The notes: generated from the sequence alone by a model not told the origin. Positions 42,819 through 53,029 are shown, counted from the first letter of the stretch. The stretch is 64,000 nt of DNA from Armatimonadota bacterium (GCA_037445735.1 JBBIJY010000013.1:20478-84477); one strand, 5' to 3'. Translations and numbers: made by a program.

Positions 42819-43292
42819 ATGGCGACCTTGAGCCGAACGGAGATGACCGAAGGCACACACCGCCGCGGATGGTGGGTAGAGCTGTTGCTGGGTGCAGCTC
42901 TGATGTGGCTGGCACTGATTGCCTATGCCGAGTGGCGCAGCGAAGGGCGCTACCTGTGGCTTTTTGGGGCGACTTACGAGGCGGGCAAAGTGCGTGCTGG
43001 GTCAACAATCCACCATCGTGTGTGGGTGTTCAACCCGACGCTGCGCTCGTTGCAGCTAGATACGGAGCCGAGTTGTGGTTGCACCGTGGTCGAGGGCGGT
43101 TCCCGCGCGCTGGGCAGGCTGTGGGGTTTGCCGTTGACCGTTGCGGTGGACACGACAGGCAAGCCGTTGGGTCGGCAGGTGCAGCGGGTAGATCTGATTG
43201 TGCGTGATCAGGAACGCGGTGTGAGCTGGCGGGAGCGGATAGAGGTGCGGTTTGAGGTGGTTGGCTCGGCTTCTTCGGCAAAACCACACTGA
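42819..43292 (+). CDS. DUF1573-like Ig-fold protein with N-terminal TM helix
   Basis: 'HRVWVFNPTLRSLQL..PSCGCT' matches the DUF1573 N..SCGC pattern. Confidence 0.75.
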   Translation: MATLSRTEMTEGTHRRGWWVELLLGAALMWLALIAYAEWRSEGRYLWLFGATYEAGKVRAGSTIHHRVWVFNPTLRSLQLDTEPSCGCTVVEGGSRALGRLWGLPLTVAVDTTGKPLGRQVQRVDLIVRDQERGVSWRERIEVRFEVVGSASSAKPH

Positions 43293-43308
43293 CAGGAGGG
43301 ACAGAGCG

Positions 43309-43704
43309 ATGCGACGGACAGAGCGTGGTGTGATGCTGATACGCGCACTGCTGCTGACAGGCAGCTTGGCATTTGTTATGATGCTGACAATCCAGTCGAG
43401 CTGGGCGCTTAGTTCTGGTTGTGGTTGGTGCTTTACTCAACGTGTGCGAATGTGTGATGAATCGGTATGTGGTCCATATCCTGCCTGCATGGGTTCCTGC
43501 GAGTGTGAAGAGTGGAACTTTCGGACGTGCACAGGGAGCGGAAGTGATTGTTCAGGAACTCATGTCGGTAATGTACCTGTGACAGTTTATTCTGGCGATT
43601 GTGATGCCAGCCCTTCGCGCCCTGTTTGCTACTGTAAAATCGATCCTTCCATACCCCCTTTCAGGCAGCTGCGACCCAAAGATGTCTGCACACCATGCCC
43701 ATAA
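43309..43704 (+). CDS. Secreted cysteine-rich small protein (14 Cys)
   Basis: AGGAGG RBS; signal peptide ending 'SSWA'; mature region of about 98 aa with 14 Cys. Confidence 0.82.
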   Translation: MRRTERGVMLIRALLLTGSLAFVMMLTIQSSWALSSGCGWCFTQRVRMCDESVCGPYPACMGSCECEEWNFRTCTGSGSDCSGTHVGNVPVTVYSGDCDASPSRPVCYCKIDPSIPPFRQLRPKDVCTPCP

Positions 43705-43722
43705 AATGAGGTAAAGATAATC

Positions 43723-44850
43723 ATGCGCATAATAATGATTTTATTTGTATGGTTGATACTGCTGGGAGCATGGGCAGATTCCTTGCCAGCGGAACTTGCT
43801 CATGCTCTTCAGCAGCGTGAACATTTTTACCATAATCATTATATCACCTTTATAGTGGAAACTCAACACGATATTTTTCAACCACACCGCTATCAGAGCC
43901 GATCGCAATACATTCTGGAAATATTTCGTGCCGCAAGGGCTGTCAAAGTGACTCAGCGTCCCCTGCAAGGAATGGACCATCGTACGAAACAGGGCAATAC
44001 TATCCAGTTTAATCTGGACAAGAATACTGGCAATATCACGACGACATCAAGCTGTTATCTTGGTGAAGATGTCAATGCCCTGATGGAACCAGACATGGAA
44101 TTTACTCAAAGTAACCAATCGTTGGCGCGCGCGCATATGGGTGCTGTGATAGGAATGAGCAAGCTGCAGAACCTTTATAGTAACCCGCAGGCGCCAGGTT
44201 TCATCTGTCAAGAGGTGTGTAACCAACGAGGTGTTTTCACTATAGGTTTAGATGTTTCTAAGCTTTATGGTGTTCAGTGGGAGCGGATAGAAGAGCGTGC
44301 CCACCGATGGATAATGGTTGGTAGAATCAAAGCTCGTCACTATGATCCACAAGCAGCAGAGGGAGACCCCGATATTACCCTTCGTGTGGAGCTGCGCAAG
44401 CCCGATGCGCTGGTTTTAGAATTGGAGGTTCTGAGACCTCTGAGGGCGGCTAATAAGTGGCAGCGCAGCCAGCTTCGCACAGTGCAGATTAAAAAGATCG
44501 ATGGACTAAGTATTCCTGCTGAGATTGAGTATCGCGCTGATAGCTCAAGTGGGGGTTACGTGATTCGCTCACATTACAAGCTCGTCAGTATCAAGCAACT
44601 TAGTGATGCAGTGGCTTTGGATCTACCACTGGGGACAAGAGTGGAGGATCGGCGGTTAGGGAGGTCAGTCAACTATCTTTGGCAAGGGCGTTTGCCGACG
44701 GAAGAGGAGTTGAAACGCCTGGCATTTCAGCAAGGCTATCTGTTGCCGCCCGAGTCGCCGCGCCAGCGCTATTCGCCCTGGCTGTTTGCTCCCGCAATGA
44801 TCTTTTTCGCCGCTGCAGGGTATCTTTACTGGCGACAGAGACGAAAATGA
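43723..44850 (+). CDS. Hypothetical exported protein with C-terminal TM anchor and basic tail
   Basis: Signal peptide 'MRIIMILFVWLILLGAWA'; ends 'SPWLFAPAMIFFAAAGYLYWRQRRK'; visibly AT-richer than flanking genes. Confidence 0.8.
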   Translation: MRIIMILFVWLILLGAWADSLPAELAHALQQREHFYHNHYITFIVETQHDIFQPHRYQSRSQYILEIFRAARAVKVTQRPLQGMDHRTKQGNTIQFNLDKNTGNITTTSSCYLGEDVNALMEPDMEFTQSNQSLARAHMGAVIGMSKLQNLYSNPQAPGFICQEVCNQRGVFTIGLDVSKLYGVQWERIEERAHRWIMVGRIKARHYDPQAAEGDPDITLRVELRKPDALVLELEVLRPLRAANKWQRSQLRTVQIKKIDGLSIPAEIEYRADSSSGGYVIRSHYKLVSIKQLSDAVALDLPLGTRVEDRRLGRSVNYLWQGRLPTEEELKRLAFQQGYLLPPESPRQRYSPWLFAPAMIFFAAAGYLYWRQRRK

Positions 44851-45650
44851 AACGCGCAGGGTTCTCGCTGGTGGAACTGCTGGTGGTGCTGGGCATTATC
44901 TCGCTGCTGGCTGCCCTGCTGTATCCCGTTTTTGCCGCCGTCCGGGAAAGAGGGCGCGCTACTCGCTGCATTACTCAGCTGCGCCAGCTGGCGCAAAGCA
45001 CCCAGATGTATCTTGCCGATTCGGACGATACCTATCCGCTGGCAGCCTACTTTAGCACACATAACGGACAGCCCTGCTTCTTCACGCTCTATCATGCGCT
45101 GGTGCCCTATGTGAAAGATAAGGAAATCGTGAAGTGTCCTTCAGATCCAAATCCCCTGAATGTGGAAGGAGTGATAAGCCGTCTGGCGTCGCTGTGTCCG
45201 GCGATGGGCTTTCGGCACAGCAGCTATATGGCGAACTGGTGCTTGATCGAAACAGGTGCGCTGCTGGGTGATTTTCATCCGCCCGTTTCCAGCGCACAGG
45301 TGGAGTTTCCTGCGGAAACGGTGCTGTATTACGATGGCAGTATCACGGGCTTGCCCAGCCTGCGTCCCTTTATACAGGGGCGACATAATGAGCAGGTTGT
45401 AGTGACGCTCGCCGATGGGCATAGCAAGGCGTGGAAGGCACGACAGGGATACGGACGGCACCGACGGGCAGATGGGGTAGAGGTGGCGCAATACTGCTTG
45501 ATTGAGCGATCAGCGTACTATCGAGGTGGAATCTATTGTGCGGACATGTTAATCGGGCTTGTGCGGCGGGATAGGCATGGCGAGGCGTGCTGGCACTGTC
45601 CGAACCGTTCACCAGGAGGTGTTGGGTATCTCTCAGGCAACTGCGAGTAG
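44847..45650 (+). CDS. Prepilin-type N-terminal cleavage/methylation protein (DUF1559-like, H-X9-DG motif)
   Basis: 'MKRAG/FSLVELLVVLGII..PVFAAVRERGRATRCITQLRQL', 'KCPSD', 'RHNEQVVVTLADGH'; ATGA-coupled to the upstream gene. Confidence 0.92.
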   Translation: MKRAGFSLVELLVVLGIISLLAALLYPVFAAVRERGRATRCITQLRQLAQSTQMYLADSDDTYPLAAYFSTHNGQPCFFTLYHALVPYVKDKEIVKCPSDPNPLNVEGVISRLASLCPAMGFRHSSYMANWCLIETGALLGDFHPPVSSAQVEFPAETVLYYDGSITGLPSLRPFIQGRHNEQVVVTLADGHSKAWKARQGYGRHRRADGVEVAQYCLIERSAYYRGGIYCADMLIGLVRRDRHGEACWHCPNRSPGGVGYLSGNCE

Positions 45651-47163
45651 GAGTCTAAGGGGGTCTACAGAGCTTCTCTGGATAGCGAGTGCTGTTGCGA
45701 CAGCGCTGGCGTTCGTGCCCGTGAATGCGTGGTGGCTGCTGGGAATAGCACCAGCCATCTGGCTGCAGGTTCTCCAGTGGGTGCATGGTTCCCATCGGGT
45801 ATGGGCGGCATTTGGCTGGGGGCTGATTTTTGCGGCGGTTCAAAGCAGGTGGGCGCTGCCGACTTTTGCACAGCAGGCACAGGCAGAGTGGGCGGCGGGC
45901 ATAGCGTGGGTGATTGTATTGATATGGTACGCCAGCTGGTGTGCGCTGTTTGGCTGGCTGGTGGGACGCCTGCCTCAGGCAGGGATTGGTTGGGCAATCG
46001 GCGCAGCGTCCGCGTGGGTGGGCATCGGCTGGCTGCGGAGTTTGGGTACCTGGGGCTTTCCGTGGGCGATGCTGGCTCTGCCGCTGACACGCTACCCGTT
46101 GCTGCTGCAACCTGCAGAGCTGGGCGGCATCTGGCTGGTGGAATGGCTTTTGATGCTCTGGAACGCGCTGATAGCGCAGGCAATCGGACGAGCGAGTATT
46201 CGCGCCTGGATTGCTCCCGTCGGGCTGCTTGTGCTGTGGGTAGGGGGCGGCAACTGGCTCTTGTGGCAGGCGCGCGCCACCATGCAGGGCGCATCTATCC
46301 GTGTGGCAGCCATTCAGCCGGAATATGATGCACCGCGTGTGCTGTTTTCTGCCCAACTATACGATTCGAGCATTGATCGGCTGCTTGATCAGGCGCGTCG
46401 AACAGGAGCGCGCTGGGCAATATTGCCCGAGTCAACGGAAACTTACCTCTGGTCACGCTTGCTGGATCAAGACCGCATACGGCGATGGCAGGACTGGTCT
46501 CGTGCGTATACACTCTATGTGGTTGTTGGGGTCAGTCGCCAGCAAGGGGAGCAAGGTTTCAATAGTGCGCTGGGAGTAGCGCCTGCTGGCTCGTGTGTTT
46601 TCTACGACAAAGTAAAGCTGATGCCGTTTACCGAATATTCGCCTGCTGCGCCAATCGCGGGGTGGCTGAGAGTGCTGGGCGCTATGCGACGCTCGTTGGA
46701 ATGTGGCGAGCGGGTGCGCGCCATCAGACTGGGAGCGGAGCCTCCTGTAGGCACGCTCATCTGTTATGAGAATTTGTTCGGCTGGATTGCGGCGCAATTA
46801 GTGCACGATGGGGCGCAGTGGCTGGTGGCAATGACTAACGACCGCTGGTTATTGGGAGCGGGCTTGCGGGAACAGTATGCCGACTACTGTATCGTGCGAG
46901 CCATAGAAACACGGCGGTGGGTGGTGCGCGCCTCAACGGTGGGGATCAGCGGCTTTTTCAGCCCTCTGGGCAAACGCTGGGAAGCACCGCGTGGGCGTCC
47001 GTATGTGCTGACGCATTCTATCCGCTGCTCTACGGTGCAAACCCTCTATGTAAGGTGGGGCGACTACTGGGGCTATGGCAGCTGGCTGATATATGGTGTG
47101 ATAGTAATGTGGGGTCTGGCATCGTTGCGACAGACATCGCGTGTGGCGGTGCAGAGAAGTTGA
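45577..47163 (+). CDS. lnt: Apolipoprotein N-acyltransferase homologue
   Basis: TM region with 'GFPW'; nitrilase triad 'LPES', 'YDKVKLMPFTEY', 'LICYE'; 'RAIETRR', 'TLYVRWGD'; start uncertain. Confidence 0.87.
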   Translation: MARRAGTVRTVHQEVLGISQATASRSLRGSTELLWIASAVATALAFVPVNAWWLLGIAPAIWLQVLQWVHGSHRVWAAFGWGLIFAAVQSRWALPTFAQQAQAEWAAGIAWVIVLIWYASWCALFGWLVGRLPQAGIGWAIGAASAWVGIGWLRSLGTWGFPWAMLALPLTRYPLLLQPAELGGIWLVEWLLMLWNALIAQAIGRASIRAWIAPVGLLVLWVGGGNWLLWQARATMQGASIRVAAIQPEYDAPRVLFSAQLYDSSIDRLLDQARRTGARWAILPESTETYLWSRLLDQDRIRRWQDWSRAYTLYVVVGVSRQQGEQGFNSALGVAPAGSCVFYDKVKLMPFTEYSPAAPIAGWLRVLGAMRRSLECGERVRAIRLGAEPPVGTLICYENLFGWIAAQLVHDGAQWLVAMTNDRWLLGAGLREQYADYCIVRAIETRRWVVRASTVGISGFFSPLGKRWEAPRGRPYVLTHSIRCSTVQTLYVRWGDYWGYGSWLIYGVIVMWGLASLRQTSRVAVQRS

Positions 47164-47219
47164 TGGTTTTGGTGGGAGCGTGTCGCGTGCTAACACTCTG
47201 TGTGGACGACACGAGCGCT

Positions 47220-48461
47220 CTAAAAGTAGTCTATCGGGCGCAGGCAGGGGGCGCGGGCGGGGAAGAGGGCATCCAACGTGGTCAGCAGGTCGGAAGGGGC
47301 TTCAAGCAGTTCGCGGGCGGCGAGTTCGCTCGCGCTGAAGGTGCCCATCGTGAGCAGCGCGAGCGCACGCGGCTCAACACGCACCCGCGGCGACCGCTCC
47401 CGCGCACCGCGCTCCACGCGCCAGCCGCTCCCTGCACACGCCCGCAGCGTGTAGACACCGCTGTTCGCTTCAATCTGCGGGTCGTTTAGCGCAAGGCAGA
47501 AGGCGTCGCCGCTATCCGAGGGGCGCGCCGCGAGCAGGCTCTGCAGCAGGTTCTCGACATGCACCACGCGCCACATGAAGCCCGGCATCACCTCCCAGCG
47601 CAGGAACGGCTCGTCGGGATTGCGGTGCGCCGATGTCCAGCCGGTGAGCGGGAGTCGCTGCAGTTCGTCGGGCGTGCCGCTGAACTCCACCTGACGCACA
47701 TGCTCCTCGTTGGCGGCGAGCCAGCCAATAAGAGCGCGACATGCCCGCTCCGTGCCCCACACCAGCTCGCGAATGCGCAGTACCCAGCCTGAGTCTACGA
47801 AGTCATAAATCAGGTAGCCCTCCACCCGCGATTCGGGCGCGTACACCAGCTTGTGGCGGAAGTTCCACAGCAGGTAGTCCCAGCGCAGGTCGTCCCGATG
47901 CAGGCGCCCGGTGGTGGGTATCACCTGCTGATTGTAAAGCTGGCGCATCGCGGGGTAATCGCTTTCGGTCGCGCGGCGGACACCATCGGGCGCGAAGGGG
48001 GGCAGCAGGCGTGGCGGGATGCGCACGCGCGTCAGCATCCCGACCACCTCCCAGCCCAGCGGACGATAGAACTCGAAATCGAACGCCTGCAGCGCGGCGC
48101 CCGCAACCCCCTGCTGGTTCAGCGCGTTCAGCACAGCAGTCAGCAATCGCCGCGCATAGCCCCGCCGCCGATAGTGCGGATGCGTCACCACACCTGCAAT
48201 CCCCATGCAGGGAACCCGATTCTCACCAATCCACATCTGCAGCGGGATGGCGGTCAGTATCGACACCAGCACGCGCGTGGAACCCTCACCCACCCACAAG
48301 CCCCACCGCTGATTGTGAGGATAGTACGGGTCGTTGTAAAAGTAGGGGCGCGCGGTCGCCAAATCGAAGCCGAAGCCCTGACAGATCAGGCGCAGGAACG
48401 CCTCCTCCTCCGACGGCTCGACCAGATCGATCTGCACGGGCGGTCGCCACAGTTTGAGCAA
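47220..48461 (-). CDS. Eis-family GNAT acetyltransferase
   Basis: 'GIAGVVTHPHYRRRGYA', 'FYRPLGWE', SCP2-like C-terminus ending 'DYF'. Confidence 0.87.
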   Translation of the reverse strand: MLKLWRPPVQIDLVEPSEEEAFLRLICQGFGFDLATARPYFYNDPYYPHNQRWGLWVGEGSTRVLVSILTAIPLQMWIGENRVPCMGIAGVVTHPHYRRRGYARRLLTAVLNALNQQGVAGAALQAFDFEFYRPLGWEVVGMLTRVRIPPRLLPPFAPDGVRRATESDYPAMRQLYNQQVIPTTGRLHRDDLRWDYLLWNFRHKLVYAPESRVEGYLIYDFVDSGWVLRIRELVWGTERACRALIGWLAANEEHVRQVEFSGTPDELQRLPLTGWTSAHRNPDEPFLRWEVMPGFMWRVVHVENLLQSLLAARPSDSGDAFCLALNDPQIEANSGVYTLRACAGSGWRVERGARERSPRVRVEPRALALLTMGTFSASELAARELLEAPSDLLTTLDALFPARAPCLRPIDYF

Positions 48462-48467
48462 TGGGCA

Positions 48468-49286
48468 TCAGCCTCCCTGCACAACGGCGTGCAACGCGAG
48501 CAGCGTTCGCAGCAGCGGCTCCACCTGATCCAGCGGATATTGCGTGGCTGGGTCGGAGAGCGCGCTTTCGGGGTCGGGGTGGACCTCCATAAAGAGCGCG
48601 TCGATGCCGACCGCGACGGCTGCCCGCGCCAGCGGCGCAATCGCCTCCCGATCCCCGCCCGACTGCTGACCTGCACCGCCCGGACGCTGAACACTGTGCG
48701 TGGCATCGAACACCACCGGCACGCCGAACCGTTGCAACACGGGCAGACCCGCCATGTCCACAATCAGCGTGTTGTAGCCGAAGCTGGTGCCGCGCTCCGT
48801 CAGCAGGATGCCCGCTGCGCCGAACGCCTGCAACTTCGCCACGATATTGCCCGCGTCCCACGGCGCCAGAAACTGACCCTTTTTGACATTCACCGGCTTG
48901 CCCGTTTGCGCCGCCGCGTGCAGTAAATCGGTCTGCCGGCACAGAAACGCGGGGATTTGCAGCAGATCCACTGCCTGCGCGACGGGTTCCGCCTGCCAGC
49001 TTTCGTGAATATCGGTCGTGACGGGGACGCCGAACTCCTGCCGAATGCGCGATAACACTTCCAGCCCGCGCTCCAGCCCGCAGCCGCGAAACGACTGGTG
49101 CGAGGTGCGGTTCGCCTTATCGAACGAGGCTTTGAAGATGTAGGGCATGCCGAGCCGTGCGCAGGTTTCAGCGAGTGTGCCCGCCACTCGCTGGCACAGC
49201 TCCAGGCTCTCGATCACGCAGGGACCTGCGATGAGCGCGAGCCTGCCATCCCCGATTCGCACCGAGCCGACCTGAACCGTCGCCAT
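48468..49286 (-). CDS. kdsA: 3-deoxy-8-phosphooctulonate (KDO8P) synthase
   Basis: 'IAGPCVIE', '[11 protein letters not shown]', '[11 protein letters not shown]', 'KKGQF', 'DATHSVQ'. Confidence 0.96.
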   Translation of the reverse strand: MATVQVGSVRIGDGRLALIAGPCVIESLELCQRVAGTLAETCARLGMPYIFKASFDKANRTSHQSFRGCGLERGLEVLSRIRQEFGVPVTTDIHESWQAEPVAQAVDLLQIPAFLCRQTDLLHAAAQTGKPVNVKKGQFLAPWDAGNIVAKLQAFGAAGILLTERGTSFGYNTLIVDMAGLPVLQRFGVPVVFDATHSVQRPGGAGQQSGGDREAIAPLARAAVAVGIDALFMEVHPDPESALSDPATQYPLDQVEPLLRTLLALHAVVQGG

Positions 49287-49303
49287 AGTTCGAGTGTACC
49301 CCC

Positions 49304-50119
49304 CTATTTCGGGCGCAAGCCCCTCTCCTTCAGCAGGGCATCGAGCCATTCCCTATCGTCGGGGGACCGCTCAACAGGCAGATTGGCAGTGTAATTCAGC
49401 AGGAGCGGATAGCGTCCTTCCTGATAGACCCGATTCAGAATCGCCTGCAGATCCACCACCACTTCGGGGTCGCTCCCGGCTAAAGGGATAGTGATGCGGG
49501 GCAGTCGCTCGCGCAGGTTGATACACCATGCCCACGCCTTCTGTCCACCCCAGCCCCCTTTATGCAACACAACCACATAATCGAGCCGCTTGTCGCCGCG
49601 TTCCAGCAGCGCTCGCGGCACGAAAACCGTATGCTCACCATAGTGCAGCAGGTCGATCTCGATAAGATGAGTGGCGCGTTGAAGCAGGTCCTGCTGCTTT
49701 TGCAGATAGAGGGCGCGTCCGACGGCGTTCGGGGTCTTGTTGGTGAGTCTGAGCAGCTCGATCACGGCCACCACCTTGCGCTGACCGTCGCGCAGGGCGA
49801 GAATCTGCACAAACGGCTCACGAATAGCGTCGGTTCGCATCTCGATCTGGATGGGCGCGTCTGCGAGCGCGGTGGCTGCCGCGGGCGCGACCGCGGGAGC
49901 CACAGGACGCGCAATCACCACATCGGGGATCAGCAGGCGCAGGGTTTCAGGCTTCTCCACATAGACCCGCTCCGCCACCGACGCCACATAGTTGGGCGGC
50001 AGCAGAGTGTTCAGCTCCGTGCGCAGAGCCGCGATGAAGGCGTGATGCACATCCGCCCACAGGCGACTATCCTCCAGATACGGGTTCATGCCAGGAAACG
50101 GGTTCTCCATCGCGTTCAC
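49304..50119 (-). CDS. DUF4058 family protein
   Basis: '[15 protein letters not shown]', 'YLQK', 'HLIEIDLL', '[11 protein letters not shown]'. Confidence 0.85.
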   Translation of the reverse strand: MNAMENPFPGMNPYLEDSRLWADVHHAFIAALRTELNTLLPPNYVASVAERVYVEKPETLRLLIPDVVIARPVAPAVAPAAATALADAPIQIEMRTDAIREPFVQILALRDGQRKVVAVIELLRLTNKTPNAVGRALYLQKQQDLLQRATHLIEIDLLHYGEHTVFVPRALLERGDKRLDYVVVLHKGGWGGQKAWAWCINLRERLPRITIPLAGSDPEVVVDLQAILNRVYQEGRYPLLLNYTANLPVERSPDDREWLDALLKERGLRPK

Positions 50120-51117
50120 CGCTCCCGATTATAAGCGACGGGCACAGGTTCGCCCCGTCGAACCGATTCGTAGCCCGCGATGGCAACCGCGGCGGCGCGA
50201 TAGCCGTCGTCGCCCGTTGCCAGCGTCGGCGCGGACTCGCCCGCAACCGCCCGCAAAAATTCGTCGATCATCAGCGCGTCGATGTTGTCGCCCCAGAACA
50301 CCTGCCGGATGCGCCCTACACGGTCGTCATAGTGGCGCAGGTACTGGGCGAACATGTCCATCTCGATCACGCCGCGCGTGCCGTACACAGCGAGCGTTAC
50401 ATCGCCCCATGTGGGGAAGGTGCGCGGGCGCGACCAGCTCGAATCGAGCGTGGCGAAGATGCCCCGCTCAAAGGTGAGCGTCAGCATCGCCGTGTCATCG
50501 AAATTGCCGTGATACATCAAGTTGTTTGTCTCGGCGTACACTTCGGTGATTTCCTGCCCGGTGAGCAGGCGCATGAGGTCGGCGACATGCACGGTGTGAT
50601 CCATCATTGCGCCGCCGCCCGCCAGCTCAGGGTCGTTGAACCAGCCGCCGGGGTTCACGCCCCGATTGGTGCCGCGCAGAGCCAGCAGGTCGCCAATCTC
50701 GCCCGCCTGTACCATCGCCCGCAGCTGCTGGAACGCGGGGCTGAATCGGCAGGGGAAAGCAGTGAAGAGCTGCACGCCCGCCGCGCGCGCCGCCGCCAGC
50801 ATCGCCTGACCATCCTCCAGGCGCGTCATTAATGGCTTCTCGCATAAGATATGCTTGCCCGCCGCGGCTGCCATCTGTGCGAGCGGCGCATGCCTCACAT
50901 TCTCCGAGCAGATAATCACCGCCTGCACATCGGACGCCAGCAGCGATTCGTAGCTATCGAACGCCTGCACGCCATACTGCCCGGCTTTCTGGCGGGCGCG
51001 TTGCAGGTCGTGATCGGCAATCCCGACAAACTCCGCGCGCGGATTGCTCAATAGACAATGTGCATAACTGTCGGCGTGCAGATGCGCAAAACTCATTATG
51101 CCCACTTTCACCTTCAT
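50116..51117 (-). CDS. Gfo/Idh/MocA family oxidoreductase
   Basis: 'HILCEKP', 'GGGAMMDHTVH'. Confidence 0.92.
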   Translation of the reverse strand: MKVKVGIMSFAHLHADSYAHCLLSNPRAEFVGIADHDLQRARQKAGQYGVQAFDSYESLLASDVQAVIICSENVRHAPLAQMAAAAGKHILCEKPLMTRLEDGQAMLAAARAAGVQLFTAFPCRFSPAFQQLRAMVQAGEIGDLLALRGTNRGVNPGGWFNDPELAGGGAMMDHTVHVADLMRLLTGQEITEVYAETNNLMYHGNFDDTAMLTLTFERGIFATLDSSWSRPRTFPTWGDVTLAVYGTRGVIEMDMFAQYLRHYDDRVGRIRQVFWGDNIDALMIDEFLRAVAGESAPTLATGDDGYRAAAVAIAGYESVRRGEPVPVAYNRER

Positions 51118-51138
51118 CGTGTGTCCCTCCCTGAACGC

Positions 51139-52119
51139 TCAGAGTCGCACCACTTTGCCCGTGCGTGCCGATTCGATGGCGGCGAGCGTGAGTCGAACCG
51201 CCTCGAAGCCGTCCTCAACGCTGATCTCGGGTTGATTGCCCGTGCGGTAGCAATCGATGAAGTGGCGCAGCTCCAGATAGTAGGGGTTCTGTACGGCGGG
51301 GCTTTCGGGCACCTCCACGCCGCCCGTCTGATCCCCCTCGGCACGGCGTGCCACCCGCAGGGCGACCATCTGCGCCGAGTCGTACTCGACCATGCCCGCA
51401 TCGCCGCAGATTTCGAAGCTCACCCGAAAGCCGCCCGGATCGCACCATGTGCCTTCGATGTGCGCAATCGCGCCGCTGCGCAGGCGCATCGTCACCAGCG
51501 TGTAGTCCAGATGGGGCAGATTGCGGAAGGTGAGCGATCGGGCATAGACGCGCTCCACCTCGCCCAGCGTCCAGCGCACCCAGTCGAGGTCGTGAATGAT
51601 TAAATCCATGATGATGCCACCGCTCTTTTCGAAGGCGGCGTACCAGTCGCTTTTGGTGAGCGGGAAGTCGCCTCCGCGTCGCATGCGCACGGCGGCGATT
51701 GTGCCCAGCGCGCCCGCTTTCACCATCTGGTGCGCGGTGCGGTATTCGGGGAAGAATCGCAACACATGGGCGGGCATAAAGAGCGTGTTATGCTGGCGCA
51801 CGGCGTCCACGATGCGCTCGCACTCCTGCAGGGTGCGGGCGAGCGGCTTCTCGCACACCACCGCCTTGCCCGCCTCAATCGCCGCAAGGGCATGCTCAGC
51901 GTGCCGATAGGTGGGCGTGCAGATGTCCACAATCTCACACCCCTGCAAAAACTCGTCTATATTGCGAGCCATCGTTGTACCGAACTCCTGAGCGAACGCC
52001 TCCGCGCGTTCGGGGTGATGGTCAAACACCGCGCTGATCTGCACATCGTCCATCTGCCGATAGGCTTCCGCGTGCTGGCGCCCCATCGTGCCCAGCCCGA
52101 TAATGCCAACCCTGACCAT
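51139..52119 (-). CDS. Gfo/Idh/MocA family oxidoreductase
   Basis: 'GLGTMG', 'VCEKP', 'SGGIIMDLIIHD'. Confidence 0.92.
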   Translation of the reverse strand: MVRVGIIGLGTMGRQHAEAYRQMDDVQISAVFDHHPERAEAFAQEFGTTMARNIDEFLQGCEIVDICTPTYRHAEHALAAIEAGKAVVCEKPLARTLQECERIVDAVRQHNTLFMPAHVLRFFPEYRTAHQMVKAGALGTIAAVRMRRGGDFPLTKSDWYAAFEKSGGIIMDLIIHDLDWVRWTLGEVERVYARSLTFRNLPHLDYTLVTMRLRSGAIAHIEGTWCDPGGFRVSFEICGDAGMVEYDSAQMVALRVARRAEGDQTGGVEVPESPAVQNPYYLELRHFIDCYRTGNQPEISVEDGFEAVRLTLAAIESARTGKVVRL

Positions 52120-52229
52120 AGCCAGATTGTACCCCCAGCCAGCGCTATCTCTGGTCTCCAATCACGGTAATTCGGCTGGTAAAGGCGATGGTTGACTGTG
52201 GAATAGAGAACCGCAGGGAGGAACAAACA

Positions 52230-52964
52230 ATGACAGGCAAGCCGATAGCCTTCTGGCTGGTTAGCGTTGCACTTTTGCAAAGTGCTTTTTCTGCTGGCAC
52301 AGCGACGGGCGTCGTTGGGGATGGACAGAGTGGTTCGGCAGAACCGGTGGCTGTAGGCACGCCCATCGACTTCCAGTTCAGCGTCGTTAACGGCGCATCC
52401 ACCGTTCAGTTTGAGGTGTACGATTCGCACGGCAACCGCGTCTATTACACCAGCTCGATGCCTGTGTCCGCCGATGGCAGCGTTTCATGGTCGTGGTCAC
52501 CGCCCTTTGCCGACACCTTCACTGTGTGGGCGGTCAGTGATGGCTCGGACCGCCAGCAGGTGATGATTGTCACGGCATATCAACCCGACGCCTCGGGCTT
52601 CATCACAGGGGGCGGCTGGCTGGAGTTAGAGGGCGAGCGACAGACCTTCGGCTTCGTGGCACAGGTTCAACGCAACGGCAGTCTGCGTGGCAGCCTCGAA
52701 TATCAGGACCACGGCTGGCAACTCAACTTGAAGTCGTTCGTCATCGACTGGGTCTATGTGCCTAACCCCAGTGAGGGCTACTTCAGCGGACGGGCGACTC
52801 TGAACGGCAGTGGCGACTATCGCTTCTGGGTCGCTCTCTGGGATGGGGGCACGCCTGGCACCAGCGATCGGTTCATGCTCTGGGTCTATGACGGCGCGAA
52901 CAACCTCATCTATAGCGCGTGGGGCACACTGGCAGGCGGCAACCTGATGGTGCATACTCGCTAA
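52230..52964 (+). CDS. Secreted protein with C-terminal post-COAP-1-like domain
   Basis: GGAGG RBS; signal peptide; 'GFITGGGW..TFGF..YQDH..DGGTPGTSDRF..LAGGNLMVH'. Confidence 0.7.
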   Translation: MTGKPIAFWLVSVALLQSAFSAGTATGVVGDGQSGSAEPVAVGTPIDFQFSVVNGASTVQFEVYDSHGNRVYYTSSMPVSADGSVSWSWSPPFADTFTVWAVSDGSDRQQVMIVTAYQPDASGFITGGGWLELEGERQTFGFVAQVQRNGSLRGSLEYQDHGWQLNLKSFVIDWVYVPNPSEGYFSGRATLNGSGDYRFWVALWDGGTPGTSDRFMLWVYDGANNLIYSAWGTLAGGNLMVHTR

Positions 52965-52973
52965 TAGAAAGAG

Positions 52974-53007
52974 ACCCTCCCCCTTCTGATGGAAGGGGGA
53001 GGGTGAG
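52974..53007. terminator. Hairpin between convergent genes (REP-like)
   Basis: ACCCTCCCCCTTC-TGATG-GAAGGGGGAGGGT followed by GAG. Confidence 0.6.
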
Positions 53008-53029
53008 GAGTGGGGGTAAGGGAAAAGCC

